From Microthyrium microscopicum (lineage: Eukaryota), in NCBI GenBank assembly GCA_010405405.1, contig MU004235.1:2224506-2288505 (forward strand): a stretch of DNA of 64,000 nt. Reading direction: 5' to 3'. Each line of letters begins with the position of its first letter. Position 1 is the first letter of the stretch. The notes below the pieces were generated by a model that saw only the letters and a program-made list of their open reading frames with translations, searched no databases and was not told the origin of the DNA. Positions 49,336-61,169 of this stretch are shown here, in pieces. A program made the translations under genes and the position numbers.

Positions 49336-51516
49336 TTACCACTTCTTGTTTCCACTCAAAAAGCCATTCCCATCATCCTTCTTTTGATTAGGCTGTCGTC
49401 CCTTTGGTTTCTGCTGTGACGCTTCATGCTTCCTCAACTCCTCTGGCACATTCGAGATATTCGACTTCATCATCATCTGCTTGAGATCATACATCACCTC
49501 ATTATCCTCTGGCCCTAGGAACGTAATCGCAATACCACTCTTGCCAGCACGACCTGTTCGTCCAATACGATGAGTATAGCTTTCAATGTTATGCGCCATA
49601 TTAAAGTTGACCACCAGGCTGACATTCGGCACATCAATACCACGACCTGCCAGATCAGTTGCAACCAAGACATCAGTGTTACCGGCACGTAAACTAGCCA
49701 GTGCTGCCTCACGCTGGTCCTGCGTTTTGCTGCCGTGCAGTGTGACGGCTGAGAAGCCCATGTGCCGTACGTCCCGTGCGACTGCGTCGCAATTGCGCTT
49801 GATGTTGACGAAAACGATGATGGGTGGTGCGTATTGTCGTGAAGCCAGAATCTCATTGAGCCGCTTTTTACGTCTATCCTCGCCGCTGACGAATTCGACG
49901 CGCTGTTCAACCGTCTCTACGGCCTCGCCAACGTTGCCGATGGTGACGATGGCAGGTCGGCGCAAGTACTTGCGTGCAATGCGCTCGACAGCGGACGGCA
50001 TGGTGGCAGTGTACATCATAGTCTGGCGATAACGGTGTTGACCCCCAAGATAGGAAGACATGGCGGCGGCGCTTTCGGCATCGTCAGTGTCAGGTTTTTC
50101 ATTTTGCACTGGGAGGGCGTCGAGGATGCGATTGACGGGATCCTCGAAACCGAGATCGATCATGCGGTCAGCTTCGTCCATAATTATGTAGCAGCATTGG
50201 GCGAGGACGAGAAGACGGCGCTCGATGCAATCGACTAGACGGCCAGGTGTTGCAATAACAATTTCGGCGCCGTCACGGAGTCTGTAGGCCTGTTCTTCAA
50301 TTGAATGACCACCAACGATAGAGACACAGGTGAACTTTAAAGGGGTGGCGAATTTCTTAGCCTCGAGTTCGATCTGTTGAGCCAGCTCACGAGTTGGTGC
50401 AAGAATGATTGCATATGGGCCGGCTTCCTTGTCTCCTTCCGGGCTATCAAGGCGTGGCAAGTTAGAGATGTATACGAGTAATGGGAGAAGAAAAGCAGCT
50501 GTTTTACCAGAACCCGTGACAGCGACACCGATCAAGTCGCGAGACTTCAGCGCTATGGGAATAGCAGCTCGTTGAATCGGTGTTGGATCAGTGTATCCGA
50601 CTTGATCGATGACATCCATGAGCTGCTTGGGTAAAGTTGATTCTTGCCAATTTCGCATAGGATCTGGTATAGATCCACCTTTTGTCTGTATGTCGAAATC
50701 CTCCTTGAAGATACGCCAATCTCGCTCCTTCATATCCTCGAGTCTTTTGGCGCTCCAATGTTTTCCAAATTTCTGGGTGCTGAGATCTGCCTTTTCCTTT
50801 CGCTTTATTTCAATTGCTGATGGGGTTCGGTTCTGATATATAGGGTCATTTGTAATCGTTGTGTCTTCATTCGCATCCCAGTCAAAGTTGAACTTATCCC
50901 GTGTTCTCTTGCGCTTCTTGTTTGCACTAAAAGCCGAATGCGACAGATCAGGTCCCAAATACCGCTCTTTAATCATGTCTTCCTGCAAATCCTCCCAAGT
51001 GCGCTTTGTATCCTTTGTATTCTTTGGCGCCGCTTGTTGCTTGCCATTTGAACGGCCTTTCCCTTCTCTAGGCCGCATAGATGCTGGCTCCTTGGGCACA
51101 TTTGAGGGTTTCGCTTGAGGTTTAGAGGCTCCATTCGTAGGAGCTTTTGCTGCTGCTTCTTGTCGCTTTTTCGCGTCCTGCTCTTCCTTGATCTTCGCTT
51201 CTTTCGCAAGCCGTTCTCGCTCAGCTTTCGGTATGAACCTGACTTTGGCTTTGGCAGCATCTGCTTCAAACTTCTTTTTCAGCAGCTCCTCAACCTTTGG
51301 TGGATCCTTTTTCTTCGTCCCCACTACTTTTTTCTTTAGTACTGGTCTACCAACTGTTAGCTTGAAGCGAAAAGCAAGCCTGCAGCAAAATCCATACCCA
51401 GAGTCATCTAAAGGAGGTGGGGGTGGCGGAATATCTGTAGATGAAGGCGGAGGTGGAATCGCATCGCTTGGAGGTGGAGGAGGAACATCAGGCGGAGGAG
51501 GAGGTATGGCAGACAT
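49336..51516 (-). CDS. PRP28: Pre-mRNA splicing DEAD-box helicase Prp28/DDX23
   Basis: KFNFDWD..EDT, MKERDWRIFKEDF, AVTGSGKT, PTRELA, DEAD, YRQTMMYTAT and HRIGRTGRAG. Probable 51-nt intron at 51397-51347. Confidence 0.95.
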   Translation of the reverse strand: MSAIPPPPPDVPPPPPSDAIPPPPSSTDIPPPPPPLDDSGYGFCCRLAFRFKLTVGRPVLKKKVVGTKKKDPPKVEELLKKKFEADAAKAKVRFIPKAERERLAKEAKIKEEQDAKKRQEAAAKAPTNGASKPQAKPSNVPKEPASMRPREGKGRSNGKQQAAPKNTKDTKRTWEDLQEDMIKERYLGPDLSHSAFSANKKRKRTRDKFNFDWDANEDTTITNDPIYQNRTPSAIEIKRKEKADLSTQKFGKHWSAKRLEDMKERDWRIFKEDFDIQTKGGSIPDPMRNWQESTLPKQLMDVIDQVGYTDPTPIQRAAIPIALKSRDLIGVAVTGSGKTAAFLLPLLVYISNLPRLDSPEGDKEAGPYAIILAPTRELAQQIELEAKKFATPLKFTCVSIVGGHSIEEQAYRLRDGAEIVIATPGRLVDCIERRLLVLAQCCYIIMDEADRMIDLGFEDPVNRILDALPVQNEKPDTDDAESAAAMSSYLGGQHRYRQTMMYTATMPSAVERIARKYLRRPAIVTIGNVGEAVETVEQRVEFVSGEDRRKKRLNEILASRQYAPPIIVFVNIKRNCDAVARDVRHMGFSAVTLHGSKTQDQREAALASLRAGNTDVLVATDLAGRGIDVPNVSLVVNFNMAHNIESYTHRIGRTGRAGKSGIAITFLGPEDNEVMYDLKQMMMKSNISNVPEELRKHEASQQKPKGRQPNQKKDDGNGFLSGNKKW

Positions 51517-52098
51517 GGTGAGGGTACGTCGCCTAATATCCGGGCGCTCAGAAAAAGTATCAGTCGGAGAATTGGCGGTAATGGAGTTATGCGAAAGAAT
51601 TCAAGGGTGTGCAGGTATGCGAAACTTATATGTCGAAATCGCAGCAAGGCAAACTTAGGCATTGAAGTGCTCACGTGACTCGCCCAAACTCTTAATCGTG
51701 AATGTTCGGATTGAATAGAATGTACATCTTATAATGTGTATCGGAAAAGTTGATTTGAAGATCTTCAAGTGACCAAATTGATGGGTCAACCTAGATAGGA
51801 AAGAGCATTTTGTGCCGTTGCGCTGAGACATAAATTTCAACTCATGACCCAGAATACTGAGTTCATGCGCTGGAGAAGGAGAGTTTGCAGGTACAAGCGG
51901 AGATCTAATAAAATAACCTAGTATTTATCTGGCTCTCATTGCCCGTCGGAACTTTGCACTACCATAACAAGAAAGCTTGGGATATTGCCATCTCTACATG
52001 ACATGGCATGCCGCCTGTGTGGACTGATCAAATTGCGACGACAAGTTAGTAAAAAAGTTTCTGACGCTGATTGACGTATGTATTAGTAGCTGCTATAG

Positions 52099-53164
52099 TT
52101 ACTCTTCCATCTTAGCATCATCCTCGTCACCCTCGTCCAGCGACTTCTTGGCTATGCGCTCTGCCTCCTCACGTAGTGCCTTTGGAACTTCCTCATGGCG
52201 TCCTTTCGTTGGGCCGCTTAACGAGCTTACCCATGTCATTTCGAGTTCGAATTCCTTGTCTTTGCTGTCCTCGTGTGCAATGTAGATGATTTTGGCTGCA
52301 GCCTTGACACCTTCCTCCAGAGAGAGCTTGTTACCGCTAAGCTCGAGCTTTTCCAACTCGGACTTTGCTGCTTGACGACCTTTTCCAGTTGCAGCACCAT
52401 AGTATCCCTATCAGTCCTGTCAGTATGGGTATCAATTCAGATGAAAATTTGTCGTACCCAGTACGATCCGCTTGGTTCGATCATGTAAAGAAAAGGACCA
52501 CCATGCTTCTCGCCCTCTACCTTTCCGCCAGCACCAGTCGAAGGACCAACTCCGACTTGGCCATCAACTTCATGTTCCGCCTCAGAGTCCCACCCACCCA
52601 CTATCGCTGTGATGCCGAATGGTCGAACGCTGTTGTACATGGTGTATGCTTGGACATAAGCTCCCATACGATTCGCGAGGGTGGAAACTGGGATGGGAGA
52701 CTTGTACATGTTTCTCCACGACGAAGACTCTTCTCGTGCACGGGAGACGAAGTGACGACCATCGGGGACAAGACCTGATGTGACCTAATAAACTGTAAGT
52801 CTCGAGCTTCAAAGCAGGGAAGTGTGTACACATACAGCACCGACATGACGATCGACTGTAGCAATTCTCTTGTTTGCGCCTGGCTTGAGTAGCTTGCTGC
52901 TGACTAGTTTCTCCAGGGCGAGAACAACGCCGTCTTTGCATCGAATGCCAATGGCAGTTCCACCATTCTCAACTGCTTTCACTGCATATTCGACCTTTGT
53001 ACATCAGCGACTGTTCCTTGTATGAGGTAGTGGCGGAATTACTTGGAAGTTTCTGCCATCGGGAGAGAAGACGGAGTTGGATAGATCGTAGCCTGTACCT
53101 ATTGACGTCTGTGGGGAGTTAGCGGTGGGCTGGCAAGAAGCTGAGAAGCTCGTAGGCTCACCAT
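52099..53164 (-). CDS. PRE10: 20S proteasome subunit alpha-7
   Basis: [36 protein letters not shown]...YNSVRPFG...[14 protein letters not shown]. Multi-exon; the first coding exon is the ATG alone. Confidence 0.95.
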
Positions 53165-55017
53165 TGTGTAGAATAGGCCGGTGATGGAGAAAGCACGGAA
53201 AAGACGTTGAAATCAGAGAGGTCTAAAGGGTATCTCAAAGCACAAAATACAATGGGGAAACCGAGTCTTGGGGTTGGATAGAAGTGCTTAGTAGTGGGTA
53301 GGCACTTTGAAGCTTTAACCTTTGAGGCAGTAACGACTTGCGCGTAGCCAGCCTAGCCACTAAGAGCTTAGCGCACATCAGCCACACCCACGAGGAGCTC
53401 ACCAGCCACATATAGGATCTCCAAATGTGGCACTTCAAAATTGGGCAGAGTACCAATACGCAATGAACTGAAAAGAATGATAATGATTTCTAACTCGTGA
53501 AGTATCTGAGTACTCTAGGTATCGTCAATGGTAGTTCAAGCCCTTTTCAGTTGATTTGGCACCCGAGACGATTCTTAATGGTTGTGTTCCCCTCAAATCG
53601 TACCTAATTATTCGCGCTGAAAATTGACGAATATGGTAAGATAGAGAACGTATTAAGCTTCGCGAAACCTCTATCAAAATGCCGTCGAAAAATTGTGCCA
53701 AGATACCTTCTTCATTGCTTTGTTCATCTACTCTTTCTTCTCTCCTTTATTCAACCTCTATCTCTCAGTCCGTACCTCCACCTCTAATGCAATGGATGAA
53801 AAGGTTTGATGCACTAGTTGATCATGAGACTGATTCCGCTCGTCTACACGCGAATTACCCATCGGTTAAGATCCCGCTTGGGCATCAAATGATGTCCCAG
53901 GTCTCCTAACCCATCCACTAGTCCAATTCCTATTGGGTAGCCGTGAATGACTGAGCCGCTTCGGGAGCAAGTGATTCTGTTTCATCTCAGGCATCTTCCA
54001 CTCATCGTAGGTGATTTGCGCCAGGGTTTACCTATTGCAGGTAGCGATGCAGGAGTGCGTTGTTCTTGTTGGCTTCCTTGGGTGTTTTCTGGCACGTCTA
54101 GTATCTTACGTCTGGCACTGTCTTGGGCTCACGACCGACAGGCTTGTGGCTTGCTGTCAAAATAGAGTATAGAACAAGGAGGGCCATGCTTGATGCATGG
54201 ACCTGGCGTGCCTGGTTGGTCTCGGTGTTGGCTGGCGAGCAAGGCGTGTTTCGCAGCTCTCCACTCATGACGTTGGGTCGGACTCCCCACCCATTTAAAG
54301 TGTCCGAAGCTGCATCTGCTTCTGCACTACTTCTGCTTTCTCTCGTAAAATCACGCACTCTGGGCTTCTGTGAATCTACTTCTTTCTGCAAAGCAATTGG
54401 TATATATCAGTTGCTGCTCGAGTCGAAATTTGCCCGAGTTACTGTCTGATTAACCTGTTGCTTTGCAAGCGAACGATCACAGCCCATTTCTAGGCTTCCG
54501 CGAAACACCCCGAAGGTCATCTGTCATCTTCGAATTTGACTCCCATTCCAGGACGTTTGACATCGTTGATTATCACAAAGCTCCGGACCAACAAGAAAAT
54601 CGGCTTTGTGTCTGTTGCTTCTATTGACTGTTCTTTCAGCTACTACTTTTTGGATCCAATTGTGACTTCCCGAGGACCTTTTTACTCGCCAGTTCACCGC
54701 CTGTCGTTGCATTCCTGTAATTACAGCCCTTGCTGCTTTATAGTCCTTGTTTCTTGCCGGAATTGCTATCTTCAATCAAGAATCATATGTTCTATCCTGT
54801 CCTTAACCATCACTGCCCTCGGTGCTCCTACGATACTCCAATTCCCGTATCTGCCTCTGTCTTTTCCGAGACCCAGCACTGCTCTCACGTACGCTGCAGC
54901 TAAGCGTCTTGCTCGCTGCATGAGATTGTCCTACTAACAATTATTGCACAGTGCGGTACTTCAAACCTGGGTATATCAGTGTCATCACCCCAACTAAAAG
55001 AGAAGGAATCTTCGACC

Positions 55018-55824
55018 ATGTGGCAACCTCAGCAACCAGGACAGCAAGATGAGTTGGCGGGCTTGTTTGCCCGCACCATGAACCTCGATACCATGACCCC
55101 ACCACCAGATCCACAGTTGCAAGCTCCTCCTCCACCTTTCGAAGAGCCAAAAGAGGACGAATCGAAGCAAATTGTGTACACATCAATGCATTACAATCAT
55201 TCGCGTCATGTTGTGCCCATCCGATTCCATAGAACGGAAGAGACGACCCCCGAACCACAACTCCCACTAACAGACGAAGAAATGTTTGGTCTGCTAGTCC
55301 AAAACAGCATTGACCCGCATTCTCTCTTCGCTTCCCAAGTACACCTTCTCCGCCATGCCGACGGCGAGCAGCGACTCCGTCTCCTTGAGCTTTGGCGAAT
55401 CAGCCCACCAAATGTCGGCTCCTACGACCTTTCCAAGCAACAGCAGTCCTGGACCACCACGACTATGCAGCAAGAGGAGGAATTGGCCAAACAGCGCTAT
55501 GAACGGATGATGGAGGAGCGAAGTTTTGGCGTAACTCGTAACATGAACTCAAACCCAGACCTCAGTAATGGGCCCGGTTTGACGACGGGCACTTTAGACA
55601 TCACGCCGCCCGAGCGGCCCGCTACGGCACCAGGAACGAAGACCATCTATGCGGAACCATACATGGCATCTGGCTACGAATATCTAGCGAAGAGAGAATA
55701 CGAACAATCTTGCCAACCACGATACAGCCAGGCGACTGATCCAGTGTATATTGCGTTTGGACAGAACACGACGCCGGTGACAGAGACGTTTGATATTGGA
55801 CAGGATCAAGAGATGGAACTGTAA
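55018..55824 (+). CDS. Fungal hypothetical protein (intronless, 268 aa)
   Basis: DELAGLFARTMNL, IVYTSMHYNHSRH, QRLRLLELWRISPP and AEPYMASGYEYLAKREYE blocks look like a conserved Pezizomycotina family; function unknown. Confidence 0.8.
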   Translation: MWQPQQPGQQDELAGLFARTMNLDTMTPPPDPQLQAPPPPFEEPKEDESKQIVYTSMHYNHSRHVVPIRFHRTEETTPEPQLPLTDEEMFGLLVQNSIDPHSLFASQVHLLRHADGEQRLRLLELWRISPPNVGSYDLSKQQQSWTTTTMQQEEELAKQRYERMMEERSFGVTRNMNSNPDLSNGPGLTTGTLDITPPERPATAPGTKTIYAEPYMASGYEYLAKREYEQSCQPRYSQATDPVYIAFGQNTTPVTETFDIGQDQEMEL

Positions 55825-56305
55825 ATAGTATCTCCTAGTGTCTCTTTACCTGCTATACGTTGAGATCATTGGATATTATTCTGGTTTGCGAGCTGCATTG
55901 AAGCGGAGTTTGCTAAAGTTCAACATTATGTCGAGCATATACCATCATGCATTTTCCTTTGTTTCATTCCCTTTCAGAAAGATACCCCAAAGATTGTCGT
56001 AGATTCAATTCCATTTCCTTTGTTCCATAAATTTACACAAGATACCCAGGTCACGATTAGCAATGGACTCAAACTATAACTTTCAAATTAGTAAACTGTA
56101 TCATAAAGTGGATGAGAGTCTGAGCATTCCAATGGGATTGATGTGATATCCGATGATAGTCCAGTGAAGTCGTCCTTTTCGTAGTCTAAGATTATATCGC
56201 TTGACGTAACGCTCCACGCCCGTGGCAAGAACCACATGAAGGCCACCATTCCAATCTCGCTCAAAACTTCCTTGATTGGTTTTGTGTGTATCCACAGCTC
56301 ATTTT

Positions 56306-57080
56306 CTAGTCCTGTCGTCCCTTTAATAGCCGTTTTGTGACCTTGTCCTTCTCGATTATGTAGACGTGTGCTCCCCAACCTGACAACGCATCTCTGTCCA
56401 CGGCACTCAACAGCGCTTGCGATAGGGTCTCGAACAGCTCATCTGGGCCCTAAGCACACCAAATTAGCACGGCTCAAAGAGATCCAAAAGAAGAACACTT
56501 ACCAAATCTGGCTCATATAACCCCTCACACATACCAAACAACTGATCACTCGCCGTTCCAGACACAATGAAATCCTTTGCAAAATCAATGCACCCAATAC
56601 TATCAAACCCGCAAATAAACGGCTTGCCCGACGTCTGATTGATGCCCGCCACCACCGGACTCACAAAGTACGGTCCAAATCTCCGCTCGTACAGACTCGT
56701 GCTCACCAGATTCGCAAACGTATCTGGGCTGATGTTGCGCTCCTCTCGTAGACGGTACATGTTGACTTTGAAGCGGAATAGGTCGGAGACTGTGGCAACG
56801 TCCGTGGCTAGACCGGTGAGGCCTAGGTATACGCTGTCGTTGATGCCGAAGATTTTGGGGAAGTTGTTGGAGACGGTGAGGGCTTGCATGCCGAGACGGA
56901 GATCGCAGGCGATACCGACGCAGTCTTTGCCGACCATGGCGACGCAGGCGCCGCCATTCATTGAGAAGGGTGAACCCTGGAGATGTTAGTTGAGCTTCGG
57001 AGGGGTGGGCGGTGGGGGCATTGGAAGCTTTGAGGACGGAGGTGTGTGGCAGAAGGCATTGAAGCTTCAGAACGTACCAT
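56306..57080 (-). CDS. PUP3: 20S proteasome subunit beta-3
   Basis: [30 protein letters not shown]...[16 protein letters not shown]...|...[10 protein letters not shown]...LKGRQD*. Two introns. Confidence 0.96.
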
Positions 57081-57472
57081 TTTGGCGAGCGTATGTGTGA
57101 TGAAGGGTGGAGAGAGTTTTGGGAGAAATTGGAGAATTGGAGAGCTGTTGGAGCTCTGATGTTGAGAGTTGACGATGCCCACTCTGAGGGTGCCGCGTTG
57201 CTGCTCTGCCTGCGCGCTAAAGGCTCTGTAACCGCGCATAGTAGGCACTTGTGTTTATTGGGCCTTCTATACGCGCTTAGAGAGGCACTAGCTCCTTCCC
57301 GGTATTCTAAGGCCTTGTTATGGTTTAGTCTTCTCACTGCTAGCTCCGAGCCTCCCTGCGATCTTTTTGTTAGTGTAGCAGATATTGTTGTATCATCATG
57401 AAGTTGTCTACTCTGATTATTCTTCCCAATCCCCTCCTCCTCCTCACCCTCCTCTCCTCCTCCGACATCACC

Positions 57473-60400
57473 ATGATCCGCGCATGCTGTAACCCGGCAT
57501 GGCGAAACTCATTCCTCCCTCAATCCTCCCGAAGCTTCCGTCGTGCCAATCGACTGGCTAGCTTCCAGCGTCCATTGGCCACCATTGCGCGCGACGTCCC
57601 TCTACAACAACCAGGAGACAAATTATATGGATTCACGGTTGAGAGGATACAAGAATACCCAGAGGTTCAAACACAAGCCTGGCAGCTTCGACATGACCAG
57701 ACGGGTGCGGAATACTTGCATCTCAAGCGAGACGACTCGAACAATGTCTTTTCCATCGCCTTTAAAACCAATCCTCCAGATGCTACAGGTGTACCTCACA
57801 TTCTAGAGCATACGACGCTTTGTGGCAGTCAAAAATATCCAGTCCGGGATCCGTTCTTCAAGATGCTTCCTCGCTCTCTGTCAAATTTGATGAATGCCTG
57901 GACTCACTCAGATTTCACCCAGTATCCTTTTGCCACCACAAATGAACAAGATTTTAAGAATTTAATGAGTGTATACATGGATGCTACACTACATCCGCTA
58001 TTGAAAGCCAGCGATTTCAAGCAGGAGGGTTGGAGAATTGGCCCAGAGCATCCACTAGGCGCGCCCAAGGAAGCTGGAGATAGTGCCAATGCTACAAACC
58101 CACTTGTTTTCAAAGGTGTGGTATATAACGAAATGAAGGGCCAGATGTCCGACGCCAGTTACCTGTTCTACGTACGGTTCCAAGAGCACCTGATTCCTAG
58201 TCTGAATAACTCTGGTGGAGACCCTCAGAACATCACGGACCTTACACATGAGCAATTGACCAAATTCCATGCTGATCATTACCACCCCAGCAATGCAAAG
58301 ATATTCACATACGGTGACATTCCTCTAGAACGGAACTTGGAACACATCTCTCAGTCTTTGCAAGGTTTCAACAGTTCCCCTTCTGATACACGCTTGATTG
58401 ACCCTATCGATCTTTCCAAAGGTCCCGTAGAAATCACAGTCGATGGTCCAGTCGATTCGCTATTGGATATAAACAAACAGCACAAAACATCATTGTCCTG
58501 GGTACTTGGCGATAACACAGATATCGTTGAGCGTATGGCATATGGGATGATAGCGAATCTTCTCACGAGTGGATTTGGATCACCCATGTATCGTTCACTG
58601 ATCGAAAGTGGATTGGCTACGACATGGGCTCCAAACAATGGTTTTGGACAGCTTGGTACCAAGACTGTCCTGACTTTGGGAGGCGTAGGTGTTGCTGAGG
58701 AGAATGTCAGAAGAGTCAAGGAAGTGATATACGAGACACTGGCTGAAGTCTCCCAACGTGGTCTCGAGAAGAGAAAGATCGAGGGCCTTCTCCATCAATT
58801 CGAGCTTGGATTGAAGCACAAAACGGCCAGTTTTGGAGAATCTGTTATGAGTAGAATCACAGCGGACTGGTTCAATGGGGTGGATGTCTTTGAAACATTG
58901 GCAACTCAGAAAGTAATTGATGAGTTCAAAGTACGCTACGCACAGCCGAGATATTTGGAGGGCTTGATTGAAAAAGGTTTCCTTAACAACAATACGCTAA
59001 GCTTCACGATGCGTCCATCAACAAAGTTTGCCGAAGAGCACGCGGCTGAAGAAAAAGCCCGCCTGGCCAAGAAAATTGCAGAGGTCAACTCGAAGTTTGG
59101 GGGTGAAGATAAAGCCAGGGAATTTTTGGAAGCCCAAGAGCTTGATCTCATGAAGGCACAGGCAGCACCTCAAGATTTGAGTGTTCTACCAACCCTTCGA
59201 GTAAGTGATATTGAAAGGAAGAAGTTAGTAAAAAAGGTTACCCATTCTCAAGTCGATGGAGTACCGGTTCAATGGCGAGAAGCTCCAACGAATGGGCTTA
59301 CCTACTTCCGTGCAATCAACACTTTCCCAGAGCTTCCAGAAGAACTACGACAACTAGTCCCCCTATTTACAGATTGCTTGCATAGACTTGGGACACGGAA
59401 TAGGACCATGGAACAAATTGAAGAGGATATCAATCTCAAAGTTGGTAGAGTCTCGATTGATTACCACTCCACTACCTCGATTTCTGATGTCGGCAGTTGG
59501 AATGAGGGATTTTCATTCTCTGGCTTTGCTCTGGACAGACATGTTCCAGCCATGTTCGACCTGCTTCGCGAACTCGTGCTGGAGACTAATTTCGATGGCT
59601 CAGATGCCGCAAAGCAAATCCAAGAACTTCTCCAGATGACCTCAAGTATGACTTTGGACACCATTAGCGGTTCTGGTAACGCCTATGCCATAAAATTGGC
59701 TAGAAGCGCCCTCACACCGGAGGCTCATGCGGTAGAGCAAATTGCTGGCATTCACCAACTCAAATTCTCGCACCTACTCTCTCAGCGGCAATCTCTTGAA
59801 TCTGTAATTAAGCAACTGAAAGAAATACAGAAATACTGTCTTTCGAGTATGGGTAAAATGCGTGTTGCCATAACCTGTGGCACGGAATCGAGGGAAGCCA
59901 ACGAAAAAAGTCTATCCTCTTTCCTTGCTTGGAGACCGGAGTACACATCGAATATCACCGAACGATTCGCCTCTCATTCCATGGGATACACTCGTCAATT
60001 ACATAGCAAAGTCTTCCTCGAAATGCCATCCTTTCACGTTGGCTACGTCGGTCTAGCTGTTCCAGCTGTTCCATACACTCATCCATCGAGTCCGTCGCTC
60101 GCAGTGCTGTCCCAGCTTCTCAACTATAAGCATCTCCATCCAACCATCCGCGAACGAGGCGGTGCCTACGGCGCCGGTTCAAGCGCTCCTGGAGTAGGGG
60201 GTACCTTCTCCATGTGGTCGTACCGCGATCCCAGCCCAAGTAATACCCTCGAAGTATTCCGCAGTGCTGGTGCCTGGGCCGTACAGCAGAATTTCAGTGC
60301 CACCGATCTCGAAGAAGCGAAAATCAGCATTTTCAAGGGCCTCGATGCTCCTGAGTCTATTAACATGGAAGGCATAACAGAGTTCGAGATAGGCCTTGAT

Positions 60401-60673
60401 CCTGCAACCCAACAAGCCCGCCGTGATGCCCTCTTCGATGTCACCGAGGAGCAAGTCAAGGCTGCGGCGAGAGAATTCTTGTTGGACAACATTGGCAGCG
60501 CGCGTGAGGTCGTGATTAGTCCAGCTCGACCAAAACGCGATGAGACAGGATGGACGACCATACGCAATCTGGCACTGTTCAAGGACCAGTCAGTGGATGC
60601 GCAGCCGAAGGATGAAAAGAAGTCTGGTGGTTTCCTCGGCGCGATCTTGGGCGCTGTCGGCGCGAAGGCTTGA
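57473..60673 (+). CDS. CYM1: Mitochondrial presequence protease (pitrilysin family M16C)
   Basis: HILEH (HxxEH) in TGVPHILEHTTLCGSQKYPVRDPFFKML, plus FKGVVYNEMKG, IRERGGAYG and SYRDP; Arg-rich presequence. Confidence 0.95.
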   Translation: MIRACCNPAWRNSFLPQSSRSFRRANRLASFQRPLATIARDVPLQQPGDKLYGFTVERIQEYPEVQTQAWQLRHDQTGAEYLHLKRDDSNNVFSIAFKTNPPDATGVPHILEHTTLCGSQKYPVRDPFFKMLPRSLSNLMNAWTHSDFTQYPFATTNEQDFKNLMSVYMDATLHPLLKASDFKQEGWRIGPEHPLGAPKEAGDSANATNPLVFKGVVYNEMKGQMSDASYLFYVRFQEHLIPSLNNSGGDPQNITDLTHEQLTKFHADHYHPSNAKIFTYGDIPLERNLEHISQSLQGFNSSPSDTRLIDPIDLSKGPVEITVDGPVDSLLDINKQHKTSLSWVLGDNTDIVERMAYGMIANLLTSGFGSPMYRSLIESGLATTWAPNNGFGQLGTKTVLTLGGVGVAEENVRRVKEVIYETLAEVSQRGLEKRKIEGLLHQFELGLKHKTASFGESVMSRITADWFNGVDVFETLATQKVIDEFKVRYAQPRYLEGLIEKGFLNNNTLSFTMRPSTKFAEEHAAEEKARLAKKIAEVNSKFGGEDKAREFLEAQELDLMKAQAAPQDLSVLPTLRVSDIERKKLVKKVTHSQVDGVPVQWREAPTNGLTYFRAINTFPELPEELRQLVPLFTDCLHRLGTRNRTMEQIEEDINLKVGRVSIDYHSTTSISDVGSWNEGFSFSGFALDRHVPAMFDLLRELVLETNFDGSDAAKQIQELLQMTSSMTLDTISGSGNAYAIKLARSALTPEAHAVEQIAGIHQLKFSHLLSQRQSLESVIKQLKEIQKYCLSSMGKMRVAITCGTESREANEKSLSSFLAWRPEYTSNITERFASHSMGYTRQLHSKVFLEMPSFHVGYVGLAVPAVPYTHPSSPSLAVLSQLLNYKHLHPTIRERGGAYGAGSSAPGVGGTFSMWSYRDPSPSNTLEVFRSAGAWAVQQNFSATDLEEAKISIFKGLDAPESINMEGITEFEIGLDPATQQARRDALFDVTEEQVKAAAREFLLDNIGSAREVVISPARPKRDETGWTTIRNLALFKDQSVDAQPKDEKKSGGFLGAILGAVGAKA

Positions 60674-61169
60674 GTTGTTCTTGGGTGAGGCGTTTTTACC
60701 TAGCATGATACCACACACTACGCATTTTTCCTCCACTCCTATTGTACATTATTTTACAGATGTAGGTACCTAGCTACTCCTACTTATACTCTTGTTCAAG
60801 CAATACCTCACTTCCGTAATTAGGCTTGCTTCATGTATTGTTGCTCTGCCGTTTCTAATTATTTGCAGCGCCAAACTCTGAGGCCTGATTCATAGCTTTA
60901 TATCAGTGCCTTGGATCTATGCGCAAGACTGAACTGATAGCCTTCGAACCGCCTTCGTGGCTGGTTCTTTGATTCGAGCTCCCCATAAACAGACCTCTTG
61001 GCCTTGAGCAACGGCCAATAGACTACACAAAAGGAGACATTTGATCTTTCGACATTCCCGTCTTCGGACCATAAAATACACTACCGAGCAACGTTCTTGC
61101 GGTAGAGGAGAAATGTTTGAATTTTATTGTTTTGTAGTTTGTCATGAATGCTGTCTCTGCTCCTTCGTT

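Noticed and set aside
53679..54937. Several 70-130-aa ORFs upstream of the gene at 55018
   Set aside because: No domain-like content or codon bias; more likely promoter or long 5'UTR.
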